This document shows, piece by piece, positions 35,975-46,667 of a DNA stretch of 64,000 nt (positions are counted from its first letter, which is position 1; each line of letters begins with the position of its first letter). The notes beneath the pieces are model-generated. The model made no database searches and was not told the DNA's origin. It saw nothing but the letters and a program-made list of their open reading frames with translations. The translations under genes were made by a program, and so were the position numbers. Origin of the DNA: an uncultured Pseudomonadales bacterium (GTDB lineage Bacteria; Pseudomonadota; Gammaproteobacteria; Pseudomonadales; JAHEIH01); assembly GCA_964598145.1 (NCBI GenBank), contig CAZRAM010000001.1, forward strand, positions 371,247 to 435,246. The letters run 5' to 3'.

Positions 35975-37708
35975 TTGTTGAATATCGTGTCTCGCCCAGT
36001 CATTGCACTGTGTTGTTGTTTGAGCTTGGCTGGTTGTGCCGCAACGCCGACTCTGAACGACTGGCAAACACGTTGGAGCGCCTGGCTTAACGGCGACGAT
36101 AATGAAATTATCGCGCTAGATAATGCCTCCGCCGAGGCCGAGCCGGTGGTCATTGCCGATGCCGATGAAGATCGTGACTGTGGTGACGATTGCGCTTCGC
36201 GGGTAGATCTCATCGACGAACATCTGAGTGAAGCAGCTTCTGAGCTCGACCCACCTCAAGAACAAGTAGCGCTCGAGCCAATCGACCTTCCCCCCAGTGA
36301 TTTATGGCAGCATATTCGCGATCAGTTTGGCGATATCGCCGCAGTTGATCATCCCCGTGTAGAAGCAGAACTGCGCTGGTATAAAAACCACCCAGATTAC
36401 ATTCTGCGCGTCACCAAGCGCGCGGCCCCCTACCTCCATTTCATCGTGCAAACTCTCGAGAGCGAGGGTTTACCGATGGAGTTGGCGCTATTACCCGTGG
36501 TCGAGAGCGCCTATGACCCCTTTGCCTACTCGCACGGCCGAGCAGCCGGCTTGTGGCAATTTATTCCCGGTACCGCCAGACTGTTTAAGCTGCACGATGA
36601 TTGGTGGTATGACGGTCGCCGCGATGTGGTCGCCTCAACCCGTGCGGCAGCCCAATTTCTTAAGCGTTTGAACCAAACCTTTGACGGCGACTGGCTACAC
36701 GCCCTCGCCTCTTACAACACCGGTCCCGGTCGCGTAGCTCGGGCGGTAAAAAAGAATAAACGCGACGGCAAAGACACGGCGTTTTGGGCATTGAAACTTC
36801 CCCGTGAAACCTCCACTTATGTACCGCGGCTTATTGCGATCTCAAAAATTGTCGCCGATCCCGAGCGCTATGGGGTAAGCCTGACACCGGTCCCCAACGA
36901 ACCAGTGTTTGAATTGGTCAACCTCGACAGCCAAATCGATCTCGCTAAAATCGCCAGTTTGGCGGGTATTTCGATGGATGAGGTGTATCGCTTCAACCCC
37001 GGCTTTAACCACTGGGCCACCTCGCCCAAAGGGCCAGATTACATTGTATTACCGCTTGAGGTCAGCCAAACCTTTCGCGACAACCTAGCACAGCTGCCCA
37101 AAGATCAATGGTTGAGCTGGACCCGCTATGTGGTCAAACGCGGCGATGTCCTCGGCACCATCGCGCAACGCCACGATACCGACGTCGCCACCCTGAAAAA
37201 GGTCAATAAGCTGCGCAACAACAACATTCGCATTGGCGACGTGCTGTTAATTCCAACGGCCAGTTCATCTGACGCCGCCTATGGCCTAAGTGAGGGCAAC
37301 CGCTTAGAAAAGAAGCAACAGCGATTAGAACAGCGTGCCGAATTGGCCGATGAATACACGGTACAAGCCGGTGATTCATTTTGGACGATCGCTCGTCGCT
37401 ACAACGTCAAGGTTGCGCAGCTCGCCAAATGGAACGGTATGGGCAGCCGTGACCCGCTGCGGGTTGGCAAAGTACTGAAAATTTATCGCCCCGTCAGCGA
37501 TACCAGCCCGCTGCCACCCAACAGCCTCAAGACGGTCATGAAAAAGGTCAATTACAAAGTTCGGCGCGGCGACTCATTGGCACGCATTGCCGGAAAATTT
37601 AACATTAAAATTAACGACATCGTTGACTGGAACAAGCTAAACCCCAAAAAGTATCTTCAACCTGGGCAAGCACTAACGCTTTTCGTTAACGTGCAGAGTG
37701 CTCCCTAG
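35975..37708 (+). CDS. mltD: membrane-bound lytic murein transglycosylase D (SLT domain + LysM repeats), lipoprotein
   Basis: Lipobox LSLAGC, SLT catalytic region LPVVESAYDPFAYSHGRAAGLWQF and C-terminal LysM repeats (YVVKRGDVLGTIA, YTVQAGDSFWTIA, YKVRRGDSLARIA). The TTG start is uncertain. Confidence 0.85.
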   Translation: MLNIVSRPVIALCCCLSLAGCAATPTLNDWQTRWSAWLNGDDNEIIALDNASAEAEPVVIADADEDRDCGDDCASRVDLIDEHLSEAASELDPPQEQVALEPIDLPPSDLWQHIRDQFGDIAAVDHPRVEAELRWYKNHPDYILRVTKRAAPYLHFIVQTLESEGLPMELALLPVVESAYDPFAYSHGRAAGLWQFIPGTARLFKLHDDWWYDGRRDVVASTRAAAQFLKRLNQTFDGDWLHALASYNTGPGRVARAVKKNKRDGKDTAFWALKLPRETSTYVPRLIAISKIVADPERYGVSLTPVPNEPVFELVNLDSQIDLAKIASLAGISMDEVYRFNPGFNHWATSPKGPDYIVLPLEVSQTFRDNLAQLPKDQWLSWTRYVVKRGDVLGTIAQRHDTDVATLKKVNKLRNNNIRIGDVLLIPTASSSDAAYGLSEGNRLEKKQQRLEQRAELADEYTVQAGDSFWTIARRYNVKVAQLAKWNGMGSRDPLRVGKVLKIYRPVSDTSPLPPNSLKTVMKKVNYKVRRGDSLARIAGKFNIKINDIVDWNKLNPKKYLQPGQALTLFVNVQSAP

Positions 37709-37773
37709 CGACTTGGCGCTGGCAAATACCCAGCGCTCGGCTATATTTAGAGGGTCAATTTACAGGGCCCTTT

Positions 37774-38622
37774 ATGAACGATAAAAAAGATTATGGATTT
37801 CAGTTTGTTAAACAGCTCGCACAGGATCTGGACAAGGGCAATCTGAAACTCCCTACCTTTCCGGAGGTCGCACTGCGTGTGCGCCGCGTCATCAACGACC
37901 CAAATTCCGATATCGAAAAAGTCCTTAATGTTGTTAAAACTGACCCGGTATTGACCGCGCGCTTATTAAAAATGGCCAACTCAGCATTGATGCGACGCGG
38001 CGTCGATGGGCCGGTTGATCTACGAACCGCGATTGGTCGTTTAGGTTTTGATATGGTGCGCAATGCCGCGATGGCCGTCGCCATGCAGCAAATTATGACG
38101 GCCCGCGCCATGGGCCCCCTCGCTAAGCAATTAAGCCCCCTCTGGCAGCACTCCATTCAAGTGGCTGTGTTGAGTTATATCATCGCCAAGCAAACCAAAG
38201 TGGTACTTTCAGATCACGCGATGCTGGCGGGTTTGATGCACGATATCGGCAAGTATTACATCTACATGCGCGCCGATGAACATCAAGAACTACTGGGTAA
38301 GGAAGAAGATCTCAATCAAATTATCAACGTCTGGCACGCCGATATTGGCGCCGCCATCATGGAGGCGTGGGGATTTGAAAAGGCCTATATCGATGTCGCC
38401 CAAGAGCACAACAACTACGACCGCCGCCACGAGGGTGATGCAGACATCGTTGACGTGGTCATGCTAGCTAATTTACACGCCAACATCGGCAAGCCCAGTC
38501 ATCCCAAAGAGTGGGCCAAAATACCCGCGCTAGCGAAATTAAATCTCTCGGCGGAAAGCAGTATCAATTTGATTAAAGAGTGCCGCGCCGAGATTAAAGA
38601 AATTATCGCCAGCCTACAGTAG
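37774..38622 (+). CDS. HDOD domain-containing signalling protein
   Basis: LPTFPEVALRVRRVINDP...LLKMANSA...GLMHDIGK is the HDOD pattern. Confidence 0.8.
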   Translation: MNDKKDYGFQFVKQLAQDLDKGNLKLPTFPEVALRVRRVINDPNSDIEKVLNVVKTDPVLTARLLKMANSALMRRGVDGPVDLRTAIGRLGFDMVRNAAMAVAMQQIMTARAMGPLAKQLSPLWQHSIQVAVLSYIIAKQTKVVLSDHAMLAGLMHDIGKYYIYMRADEHQELLGKEEDLNQIINVWHADIGAAIMEAWGFEKAYIDVAQEHNNYDRRHEGDADIVDVVMLANLHANIGKPSHPKEWAKIPALAKLNLSAESSINLIKECRAEIKEIIASLQ

Positions 38623-41600
38623 CTCCTGCCAATGGCCGAGGGCGGTAAAGTATAGCCCTGCGGCCCCAACCCGCTCCCCCAACGACATCATTAATTGCCG
38701 ATAGTGCTCTAGCTGTGGCGCGTATTGCGCCATCTCCTTGGCAACGAATGCCTCTAAGCTCTCGCCATGGGTAGGCGAAGCGGTCTTGAAATCAATGATG
38801 GTCGCGACCCCCGCCTGGTCCCAGACGACGCGGTCGATAATGCTCACGCGTCCGTCCTCAGCAATAATTCGCCACTCGCTGCGAGCCTTATGGGCATTAA
38901 AAATCCAATGCTGGGCAGTGTCGTTAGCCACTGTCGCGAGTTGGCCGGCGGCCGCGTGGATCACCGCGTCCTCCATAACACGGGGTATAGACAAATCCTG
39001 GCTTATAGCCAACAAGCGCGGCGCTAATGCCTGAGCATCATTCCAGAGACCTATAGACTGAGCATCAGCCAGCTCCAGCGCGCGGTGTACCAAATTACCC
39101 ACAGCTTGTGCCTCGCTATCTGCACTTGGCTCAGGCACATTACGCGCCCCCTGCCCGGGCTCCCATGTCACCCCTAGCGGCGCAGGCATTGCTGATAGGA
39201 CGGCACGGCGATTACGTGGATCAATCATCTGCCGGAGCGCCAGGCGGTCCTTTTTATCGACTAGAGCCTGCTGAGTGCTGGGCTGAACTCTGTGCGCCTG
39301 TTGCTGAAAGGTCGGCCAGATACGCTTTAGCAGTGAGTTATCGCTGGGGGCTTTAAATTCATCTTTGGCGGTTAATTCTAGGCGCGCCAAAAGGTGTAAA
39401 CGCTTGATGGCACGCGTCACGCCAACGTATAGCAGACGTGTCGATTCAAGTTGTTCACGGCGTTTTTTCTCGCTGCTGAGCAGCTTGTACAGGCCCTCGT
39501 TTTCTTTGTCACGGTACAATGGCGCCATAAAAAAGCCCTCGCCCGCCTCGTTAAACTCCATGTGTTGCCACTGCACCAGCGCCTTGTCCTGCGCTCGCGT
39601 TTTACGATCTAGACCCGGTATGATGACATGATCGAATTCCAGTCCCTTCGACTTGTGGATAGTCATGACCGCCACCGCCCCGGATTGACCGGTATCGGCG
39701 CTGGCATAGAGTTTTTTGAGTGCGGTCTCTATCTGCTGCTGTGACGGGGCTTGCGCGCCCTGACGACGGCTTTGTAATTGTTCAAGACAATCCAGGAAGC
39801 GCTCGATATCACTCACTACCGACGCGCCCTCGGCCGCAGCCAGTGCGTCGCCTTGCAGGCTGCACCACGTGCGGTATAGCTGTTGCCGTGGGCTGAAACG
39901 TTGTCGCTGTTGGTAGGCACGGCGCAAGACACTGGCAGCACTTGCTAGGCGATCTCTACCAGTGCTCGAAAGATCTAACGCGATGTCGCCACCGCTGATA
40001 ATCAGTTCGCCAAGGTTGTCCGCCGCCTCACAAAGCAACAACATATCGCCCAGAGTTAGCCCGATAAGCGGCGAGCGCAACAAGGCCGCCCAGGCATTGC
40101 GGTCGCCGGGGTTGTTCAAGGCGAGGTAGAGGTTCAGTAAATCGCGAACAGCACTGCGGCTACTGAGCGGATCAATATCCTGCGCCAACCAAGGAATATT
40201 GGCTTCGCGCAAGGCGGGTAAAATTTGCTTTAAGTGACGTCGGCCGCGCACCAAAATTGCCACGCTTTCACTGGGGTGATCGGCTTGAATGTTTCGGATC
40301 AGCTCAACAACCTGAGCGGCTTCAGCGCTACCGTCTTCATCATCGAGAATGGCGTGGCACTGGCAAGCAGCGCCGTCTAATAAATCTTTTTGGGGGATGG
40401 CTTCTGCGAAGGCGACCGCGCCCGCACTGGCATCATGCCTTGCTGGAAAGGCCTGTTTAAAGCAGTCGTTAACCCAATCAATAACCCCCGCTTGGGAGCG
40501 GAAATTGACGGTTAACTGCAGCGGTTCCAGCGCGACTTGACCAATGCCATACTCGCACGCGTTGAGAAAAATTCCCACGTTGGCTTCGCGGAAACCGTAG
40601 CAAGACTGCATGCCATCACCCACGATAAATAAGGTCCTACCGTCGTTGGGCTGCCAGCCAGCGGTCAGCTTTTCAAGCAGCTTGAGTTGTGGTGGCGAGG
40701 TATCTTGAAACTCATCCACGAGTATGTGGCGAATTTGGTAGTCCAGCTTTAAAGCAATATCCGTCGGTGCGTCATCATCCCCAAGTGCGTCGTTAGCGGC
40801 GCGGTTAATTTCTATGTAATCCACCTCGCCACGCTGGGAAAACACAGTCCACAGGTGGGCAACGCTACGCGGTAAAATCGCCATGAGGGCTGAGATGATC
40901 TCGCTCTGCTGCGCATCTATAGATGGCGCTACGAGTTCGCGCAGACGAAGCAGTGTTTCTTCGACACCCGGTATATCACCCAGTGTCTCGAGCAGGCTCA
41001 TAAAGTCCGCCTTGCGCTGGGCGTAAATCTCACCTTCTGCTTTGTCTGGGGCGTCTTTTGGGGTGGGAAAACCGTTCGTCTTGGTGACGCTTTTACGCAG
41101 CGTATTGGTCGTAGTGAGCAGTTGATCGACAATGATTTGCCAGTCGCTAAGCGCCTCGCTGCACACCTCTGGAAGCGCCGTAATGCCCCGCAGCTTGGTC
41201 AGCGAATGGCTCTCGGCTACCCTGTGCGCAGCAAAATCCAACAGCAGGCACAGCTCTGAACCAAACGGCGCCAATAGTGTTGCCGCCGCTTTGATACGCT
41301 CGCAGTTTAGGCTATCAATGTTGGCCTCCAGTGTTGCCACGAAGGCGTCGTGGCCGCCGTGGTGCTGCGCCTTTTGCATCCACGTAAGCCACTGATCTCG
41401 TTTGCCAAGCAGCTGGCAAAAAAGCTGCTCAAAGGTCTCGAGGCGATTGTCGAGCAGCGCCAGTACGGTGGCGAGCTGGTCGGCCGTGGGCGAGTCGTCC
41501 TGCAATTCCTCCAGCAACTGGCGGGTGGCCTCTTGATAGAGCTCTTCAGGTTCATCCGCTACACCGATATCGGCGCCAAATCGCGCTTCCAGTGGCAGCT

Positions 41601-41988
41601 GTTGGGTGATGTTGGCACAGAAGCCGTCGATGGTTTTTAAACGCAGTCGGTTGGGGTTGTGAAGTAATTGCCAGCCACGCTCACGGTCGCGCCTAAGCAC
41701 ACCCTCAGCGAGCGCACGAGTTTTGGCCTCGTGGGGCGCTAGCGAAGTAGTGATGGGTTGCATAGCCTTGTGCATCGCTGACAATAAGCGCTCCGTCATT
41801 TCTTCCGCGGCTTTGCGAGTAAAGGTAATCGCCAACACTTCTTCTGGGTTATCGACGGTGGACAACAGCGCTAGTAGGCGCTGGGTCAGCAACTCGGTCT
41901 TGCCGGAACCCGCCGGTGCCACCACGCTAAAGCTACGCGTGACATCGATGGCGGTTTCTCTGGCGAGCCAGTCGGCAACCTGGGTCAT
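38614..41988 (-). CDS. UvrD/AddA-type ATP-dependent helicase with C-terminal PD-(D/E)XK nuclease domain
   Basis: Walker A APAGSGKTELLTQRL, helicase motifs (ILVDEFQDTS, VGDGMQSCYGFREA, MTIHKSKGLEFD, YVGVTRA) and a C-terminal nuclease-like region (IIDFKT). The ATG at 41988 makes an ATGA overlap with the upstream gene. Confidence 0.8.
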   Translation of the reverse strand: MTQVADWLARETAIDVTRSFSVVAPAGSGKTELLTQRLLALLSTVDNPEEVLAITFTRKAAEEMTERLLSAMHKAMQPITTSLAPHEAKTRALAEGVLRRDRERGWQLLHNPNRLRLKTIDGFCANITQQLPLEARFGADIGVADEPEELYQEATRQLLEELQDDSPTADQLATVLALLDNRLETFEQLFCQLLGKRDQWLTWMQKAQHHGGHDAFVATLEANIDSLNCERIKAAATLLAPFGSELCLLLDFAAHRVAESHSLTKLRGITALPEVCSEALSDWQIIVDQLLTTTNTLRKSVTKTNGFPTPKDAPDKAEGEIYAQRKADFMSLLETLGDIPGVEETLLRLRELVAPSIDAQQSEIISALMAILPRSVAHLWTVFSQRGEVDYIEINRAANDALGDDDAPTDIALKLDYQIRHILVDEFQDTSPPQLKLLEKLTAGWQPNDGRTLFIVGDGMQSCYGFREANVGIFLNACEYGIGQVALEPLQLTVNFRSQAGVIDWVNDCFKQAFPARHDASAGAVAFAEAIPQKDLLDGAACQCHAILDDEDGSAEAAQVVELIRNIQADHPSESVAILVRGRRHLKQILPALREANIPWLAQDIDPLSSRSAVRDLLNLYLALNNPGDRNAWAALLRSPLIGLTLGDMLLLCEAADNLGELIISGGDIALDLSSTGRDRLASAASVLRRAYQQRQRFSPRQQLYRTWCSLQGDALAAAEGASVVSDIERFLDCLEQLQSRRQGAQAPSQQQIETALKKLYASADTGQSGAVAVMTIHKSKGLEFDHVIIPGLDRKTRAQDKALVQWQHMEFNEAGEGFFMAPLYRDKENEGLYKLLSSEKKRREQLESTRLLYVGVTRAIKRLHLLARLELTAKDEFKAPSDNSLLKRIWPTFQQQAHRVQPSTQQALVDKKDRLALRQMIDPRNRRAVLSAMPAPLGVTWEPGQGARNVPEPSADSEAQAVGNLVHRALELADAQSIGLWNDAQALAPRLLAISQDLSIPRVMEDAVIHAAAGQLATVANDTAQHWIFNAHKARSEWRIIAEDGRVSIIDRVVWDQAGVATIIDFKTASPTHGESLEAFVAKEMAQYAPQLEHYRQLMMSLGERVGAAGLYFTALGHWQELL

Positions 41989-44600
41989 CGGCGCTCTCCT
42001 ATTCTGCATACATCTTGCAGGTGACAGTATTGGCAACTGGCGTCAGAGGTGGGCAATACCTGCGCATCCCCCGCCATAAATTCGCTGGCAAGCGCTTCTA
42101 AACGGTCGTGCCAACGCGCTTTTTGATCGTGCCAGACCTGTTCTTGAGGAATGCCCTCCTCGCCCTTAACGGCATCGATCCCCGCCATCTGCATGTCGTT
42201 GCAAGAGATGCCCTTAAAACCTATTTCACCGTGTTTAACAGCCGCCTTGGCCAGCGCTTGTACCCTGCCGTCGTCAATCAGTAAGGCATACAACAGAAGT
42301 TGCGGGTCGCTAGGTCGCTCGTCTTGCCAACGGCTAATACTCGCCGAGCCGGTCTTGTAGTCAATCACCATCAAACGATTGGCCGACAAGGCGTCGATAC
42401 GGTCGATTCTCAGCGTTAAGGGCAGCCCGGCAAACTCGGTTTCGCAGGGCAACTCCGTGGCCTGCACCGTAAACGGTGGGCGCTGCTGCTCCAAATCTAA
42501 CCACTCCAGTAACAGTTCGCGGATGCGCTGCGCCTCTAACTGTTTGTAGCGCGGCTGCATGATATCGGGCCGCTTGCGCGCCATGCTGTCGAGCGCGGCA
42601 TCAATCGCCTGCTGCAGCTTATCCTGAGCATGCTGATCTAGCTGTGACTGCAACAACCCTGTGGGCAGCAATACTTCCAGCGCGTCGTGTACCGCGGTAC
42701 CCCTAACATGGGCAGGCATGGCACTGCTCACCGGGTCAATTCTCCGCAGCCCTAGGCGATGGGTGGCGAAAGCCTTGAAGGGACAGGCCGCCTGATCTCC
42801 TAATAGCGACGCTCCGCCAGTAATGATGCTTGCATCGTTAACCGGTGGCGCCCATTCATCCTCAAACCACTCGAGCTCAATGGCACTTACACTAGGAGCG
42901 TTGTACTGACGTTCTTCGGCGGTTAAGCCCTCGAGAAGTGGTGATGGACGCAAGGCAATATCGCCCTCGAAGCGCGCATAACTAAAGCGAATTTGCGGCG
43001 AACTGGCACGAAATGAGGCCAATAGTCGCTGCGCGAAGCGCAACTCACGACCTGCGTCGCAGTGTGGCATGTCGAGCGCCCGTTGCCGCTCCAGCGACAA
43101 TAGCGGATTGGGTTTAGCGCGAGCAGGCATATTGCCATCACTCATCGAGACCACCCACAGCCGATCGAAGTTCAGGCTCGCAGCTTCCAAACTACCGAGT
43201 ACCTGAATGCCTGCATCCTCCACTTCCGCCTGAAACAGGCTGTGGTTTAGTTCATCGCGTAACAAAGCGATAAAACCGCGCACATCAAGGCTGTATTCAG
43301 CGGGCAGCTGCTTGATTTGGACCAGCATATCCTGCCACAGCACCAACTGCTGGTACTCCACCGAATCTGTTTCGCGTTGCCCGGGCCACCCTAGGCTCGC
43401 CAAGGCGGTTTCACAGAAATCACACCATTGGCCCACCGAATAGGTTTGCCGCTGCAAGTGTAATCGACGCGCTTGCTCGGCCAACGCTTGCCAGCGCGCG
43501 GCAAGTTCAGGGCAGATAGATTGTGCTTTTTCACGCAGATAGGCCTGTCCGTTCTGCGGCCGGCCTCTTTTTAAAACTTCTTGGTAAAAACGACTGCGAA
43601 GGAAGGCTTCGCTGTCGGCGGCAACGATAAAGGGGGTATGGCAAAGCGCGTAAAGCGTGTCCATATCCATGTTTTCCAGCCAAAGCTGCAACAGCTCGGG
43701 AATAATGGCCAGCAGCGGTGCGTCTGCCGCACGTTGCCCCGCCGAAATATTGGCGCGAACGACATGTCTTTCAGCCGCGACACTATTTGCCTGAGGGTCC
43801 ATGCGTTGCAACAGCAAGCGCTCTACTAAATCACGCCGCTGACTGAGAGAGGGATCAACAATGGCAAAGCGTTTATCGGGGTAGCGCTCAATAAAACGCA
43901 CCGCCGCATCAATGGCCGCGCGCAATTCACTCTCGCTGTTGTCAAAGCTGTACAGCGCCTGCTGCTGAACCCTGGGGGTAAACATCACCGTTTGGACACG
44001 CCAATGCTCCAACAGCGCTTGATACATGGCCGGCATGGCTTCGAAACCGATGATGTAGCAAGGCTTCTCAGGTGAGCGTTGTAGCAAGGTGTCGATCGCT
44101 AGGGCTTCGGCCTTGGCGCTATCGATCACCGACAGTTGTTCACAGCGGGCAATGTAGTGGTCGCGCCACTGGCGGAGGTGAGGATTTAAATCGGCGTCGT
44201 CAAGATGGTACTGAATGGCCAGTTGATACGCGCTGCGGGCGGTCTGTGCTGCACTGTCGGTTTTAAGCAGCGCCGTTGTCTCATCTTGAGCGGATTCGAC
44301 CGCCTCGCGCCATAGCCAGCGTTCCATGTTGGCAGGCATGATCCGGCGCGGCGCTAAATCACCACGCAATACCGCGCGTTGATACTGTTCCGCGAGACAA
44401 TCCGCCAGCGATACAACCTCAGGGATCAGCAACGCACAGCCCTGCTGAGCGGCGCGATATTGGTAGGCTTGGTTTATTTTAGCGGCCAGGCGGCGATTGG
44501 CCGCCAAGACGAGGCTATTCGCGGGGTCGTGTAATTGACCGTCGAGACAAGATAGATCAAAAAGAGGCGCTAAATTTGCCAAGACAGTTCCTTTGTTCAT
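41985..44600 (-). CDS. AddB-like PD-(D/E)XK nuclease family protein (inactivated-helicase scaffold + Fe-S nuclease domain)
   Basis: The C-terminal nuclease motif VIDYKTG sits between Cys in ACPFKAF and the terminal C-x2-C-x5-C (SCQYCHLQDVC), the AddB iron-staple pattern. It is translationally coupled to the AddA-like gene. The start (44600 versus 44669) is uncertain. Confidence 0.7.
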   Translation of the reverse strand: MNKGTVLANLAPLFDLSCLDGQLHDPANSLVLAANRRLAAKINQAYQYRAAQQGCALLIPEVVSLADCLAEQYQRAVLRGDLAPRRIMPANMERWLWREAVESAQDETTALLKTDSAAQTARSAYQLAIQYHLDDADLNPHLRQWRDHYIARCEQLSVIDSAKAEALAIDTLLQRSPEKPCYIIGFEAMPAMYQALLEHWRVQTVMFTPRVQQQALYSFDNSESELRAAIDAAVRFIERYPDKRFAIVDPSLSQRRDLVERLLLQRMDPQANSVAAERHVVRANISAGQRAADAPLLAIIPELLQLWLENMDMDTLYALCHTPFIVAADSEAFLRSRFYQEVLKRGRPQNGQAYLREKAQSICPELAARWQALAEQARRLHLQRQTYSVGQWCDFCETALASLGWPGQRETDSVEYQQLVLWQDMLVQIKQLPAEYSLDVRGFIALLRDELNHSLFQAEVEDAGIQVLGSLEAASLNFDRLWVVSMSDGNMPARAKPNPLLSLERQRALDMPHCDAGRELRFAQRLLASFRASSPQIRFSYARFEGDIALRPSPLLEGLTAEERQYNAPSVSAIELEWFEDEWAPPVNDASIITGGASLLGDQAACPFKAFATHRLGLRRIDPVSSAMPAHVRGTAVHDALEVLLPTGLLQSQLDQHAQDKLQQAIDAALDSMARKRPDIMQPRYKQLEAQRIRELLLEWLDLEQQRPPFTVQATELPCETEFAGLPLTLRIDRIDALSANRLMVIDYKTGSASISRWQDERPSDPQLLLYALLIDDGRVQALAKAAVKHGEIGFKGISCNDMQMAGIDAVKGEEGIPQEQVWHDQKARWHDRLEALASEFMAGDAQVLPTSDASCQYCHLQDVCRIGERR

Positions 44601-44659
44601 TACATTTGAGCGGCTTTCAGGTAGGATACACGATTTTTGACCAGCAGTGATTAGCAAAA

Positions 44660-45724
44660 ATGAGTACAAATACAGACAATATTAATATTGCATCCAACAC
44701 CCCGCTGATTACCCCAGCGGCCCTAAAACAAGCGGTACCCGTCAGCGAGCAAGCTTTGCAAACCGTCAGCCAAGGACGCGACACCATTCGCGCGATTCTC
44801 GATCGCAAAGACCCTCGCGTGTTTGTGGTCATTGGCCCCTGCTCGATTCACGACACCGAAGCCGCACTAGACTATGCCAAGCGACTCAAGGCATTAGCCG
44901 AGGAATTGGACGACACGCTGTACATCGTGATGCGCGCATACTTTGAGAAACCCCGCACCACCGTCGGCTGGAAAGGCCTGATCAACGACCCCTATTTAAA
45001 CGATTCATTTAAGATCGAGGAAGGTTTACAAATCGCCCGTAAACTGTTGATAGATTTATCAGAAATCGGTTTGCCTTTGGCCACTGAAGCGCTCGATCCA
45101 ATTTCGCCACAGTACCTGCAGGACCTCATCACTTGGTCGGCGATCGGTGCGCGCACCACGGAATCGCAAACCCACCGCGAAATGTCTTCGGGTCTATCCG
45201 GCCCTGTCGGCTTTAAAAACGGTACCGATGGCGGGCTCGAAGTAGCCATCAACGCGCTGGGCTCGGTCGCACACCCGCACCGCTTTTTGGGAATCAACAG
45301 CGATGGCGCAGTCTCAGTAGTAGAAACCAAAGGCAATGCCTACGCCCATGTGGTACTGCGCGGCGGCAGCAACGGCCCCAACTTCGACTCAGTTCACGTA
45401 GCCTTGGCCGAACAAGAGCTTGAAGCGGCCGGTTTGGCGAAGAATATTATGATCGACACCAGCCACGCTAACAGTAACAAGGACCACAAGCAGCAGCCTC
45501 TTGTACTGGATAACATTGCCCACCAAATCGCCGATGGCAACCAAAGCATTGTTGGCGTGATGATTGAGTCCAATATCGGCGCCGGCAACCAAAAAGTCCC
45601 CGCCGATTTGAGTGAACTGCAATACGGCGTATCTATTACCGATAAGTGTATCGACTGGGAGACCACCGAACAGTCGCTGCGCAAGATGCGCGATACCATC
45701 AAAGCGGCGATCGCAACACGCTAG
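44660..45724 (+). CDS. class I (AroF/G/H-type) 3-deoxy-7-phosphoheptulonate (DAHP) synthase
   Basis: IGPCSIHD, KPRTTVGWKGL and IDTSHANS motifs. The feedback specificity cannot be determined from sequence here. Confidence 0.9.
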   Translation: MSTNTDNINIASNTPLITPAALKQAVPVSEQALQTVSQGRDTIRAILDRKDPRVFVVIGPCSIHDTEAALDYAKRLKALAEELDDTLYIVMRAYFEKPRTTVGWKGLINDPYLNDSFKIEEGLQIARKLLIDLSEIGLPLATEALDPISPQYLQDLITWSAIGARTTESQTHREMSSGLSGPVGFKNGTDGGLEVAINALGSVAHPHRFLGINSDGAVSVVETKGNAYAHVVLRGGSNGPNFDSVHVALAEQELEAAGLAKNIMIDTSHANSNKDHKQQPLVLDNIAHQIADGNQSIVGVMIESNIGAGNQKVPADLSELQYGVSITDKCIDWETTEQSLRKMRDTIKAAIATR

Positions 45725-45732
45725 CAGAAACG

Positions 45733-45759
45733 AAAAAGGCGCCAAAACGGCGCCTTTTT
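45733..45759. terminator. bidirectional rho-independent terminator (AAAAAGGCGCC-AAAAC-GGCGCCTTTTT)
   Basis: GC stem with flanking A- and T-tracts, between the convergent DAHP synthase and nfuA genes. Confidence 0.65.
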
Positions 45760-45778
45760 CATAGCTATCAGTTGCCTA

Positions 45779-46357
45779 TTACATATAAGCGTCAGATTTG
45801 TCGGTGTGATCGGTCACATCGCGCACACCAGCAAGGCCAGGCACCTTTTCTAGCAGGGTCTTTTCTACGCCCTCTTTAAGTGTCACGTCAACCATGCTGC
45901 ACCCTTGGCAGCCGCCACCAAACTTAAGAATGGCAACCTTGTCGTCGGTAATCTTCTCTAAACTTACCTCGCCGCCGTGCGCCGCGAGCGATGGATTTAC
46001 TTCGTTATAGAGAATGTAATTGATGTGATCTTCCAAGGGACTGTCGGCACTCACTTGGGGCATCTTAGCGTTGGGCGCCTTGATGGTTAGCTGGCCACCC
46101 ATGCGGTCCTTGGCATAGTCAACAATGGCGTCTTTCAGAAAAGGCAGCGAGCGCTTTTCGTAAAACGCTTTAAATGCTTCAAATTCAACGGTGTCGTCTT
46201 CTTCGTTGATATCGCCTTCGCGGCAATATGCAATGCAGGTCTCGGCGCGAGAAGTACCGGGGTTGGTAATGAACATACGCACACCCAATACGTCGTCGCC
46301 CTGCTTCGCCAGCAATTCAGCCAAGTAACCCTGAGCTGATTCTGTAATTGTTACCAT
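45779..46357 (-). CDS. nfuA: Fe-S biogenesis protein NfuA
   Basis: N-terminal degenerate A-type domain ([19 protein letters not shown]...) and a C-terminal Nfu domain with the GGGCQGC motif. Confidence 0.9.
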   Translation of the reverse strand: MVTITESAQGYLAELLAKQGDDVLGVRMFITNPGTSRAETCIAYCREGDINEEDDTVEFEAFKAFYEKRSLPFLKDAIVDYAKDRMGGQLTIKAPNAKMPQVSADSPLEDHINYILYNEVNPSLAAHGGEVSLEKITDDKVAILKFGGGCQGCSMVDVTLKEGVEKTLLEKVPGLAGVRDVTDHTDKSDAYM

Positions 46358-46667
46358 AGTCTTTCACTCCTTTCGATGGCGCTATTGTAGTGCTATTTAC
46401 GTGCGGACTCTATCAATCGCCACCACAAATACAGCAAATTTCCTATTTTTAATCACTAAACCACACGCTTTAAAGGGGCATTACGGGTATGGCTTGCACA
46501 TGTAATGGATACAATGCGTGTTTGATATTGGTCTACACTTCTTTGGACCACCATGAACCGCTCAAACGGCGCTCGACTTTGTATACAAAAGCCCTGAAAG
46601 CCCCGCCATTATTGATCTATCGAAATTTTTTGATATACTTTTACGAAACAACAACCTGGACAAGATC

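Noticed and set aside
46358-46667. Possible SAH or cobalamin riboswitch in the 310-nt leader upstream of metH
   Set aside because: Only an isolated AACGGCGCTC-like segment (around 46567-46580) resembles the 3' part of the SAH element. The partner GAGGAGCGCUGC/pseudoknot segments and a B12-box are not present, so there is no support.
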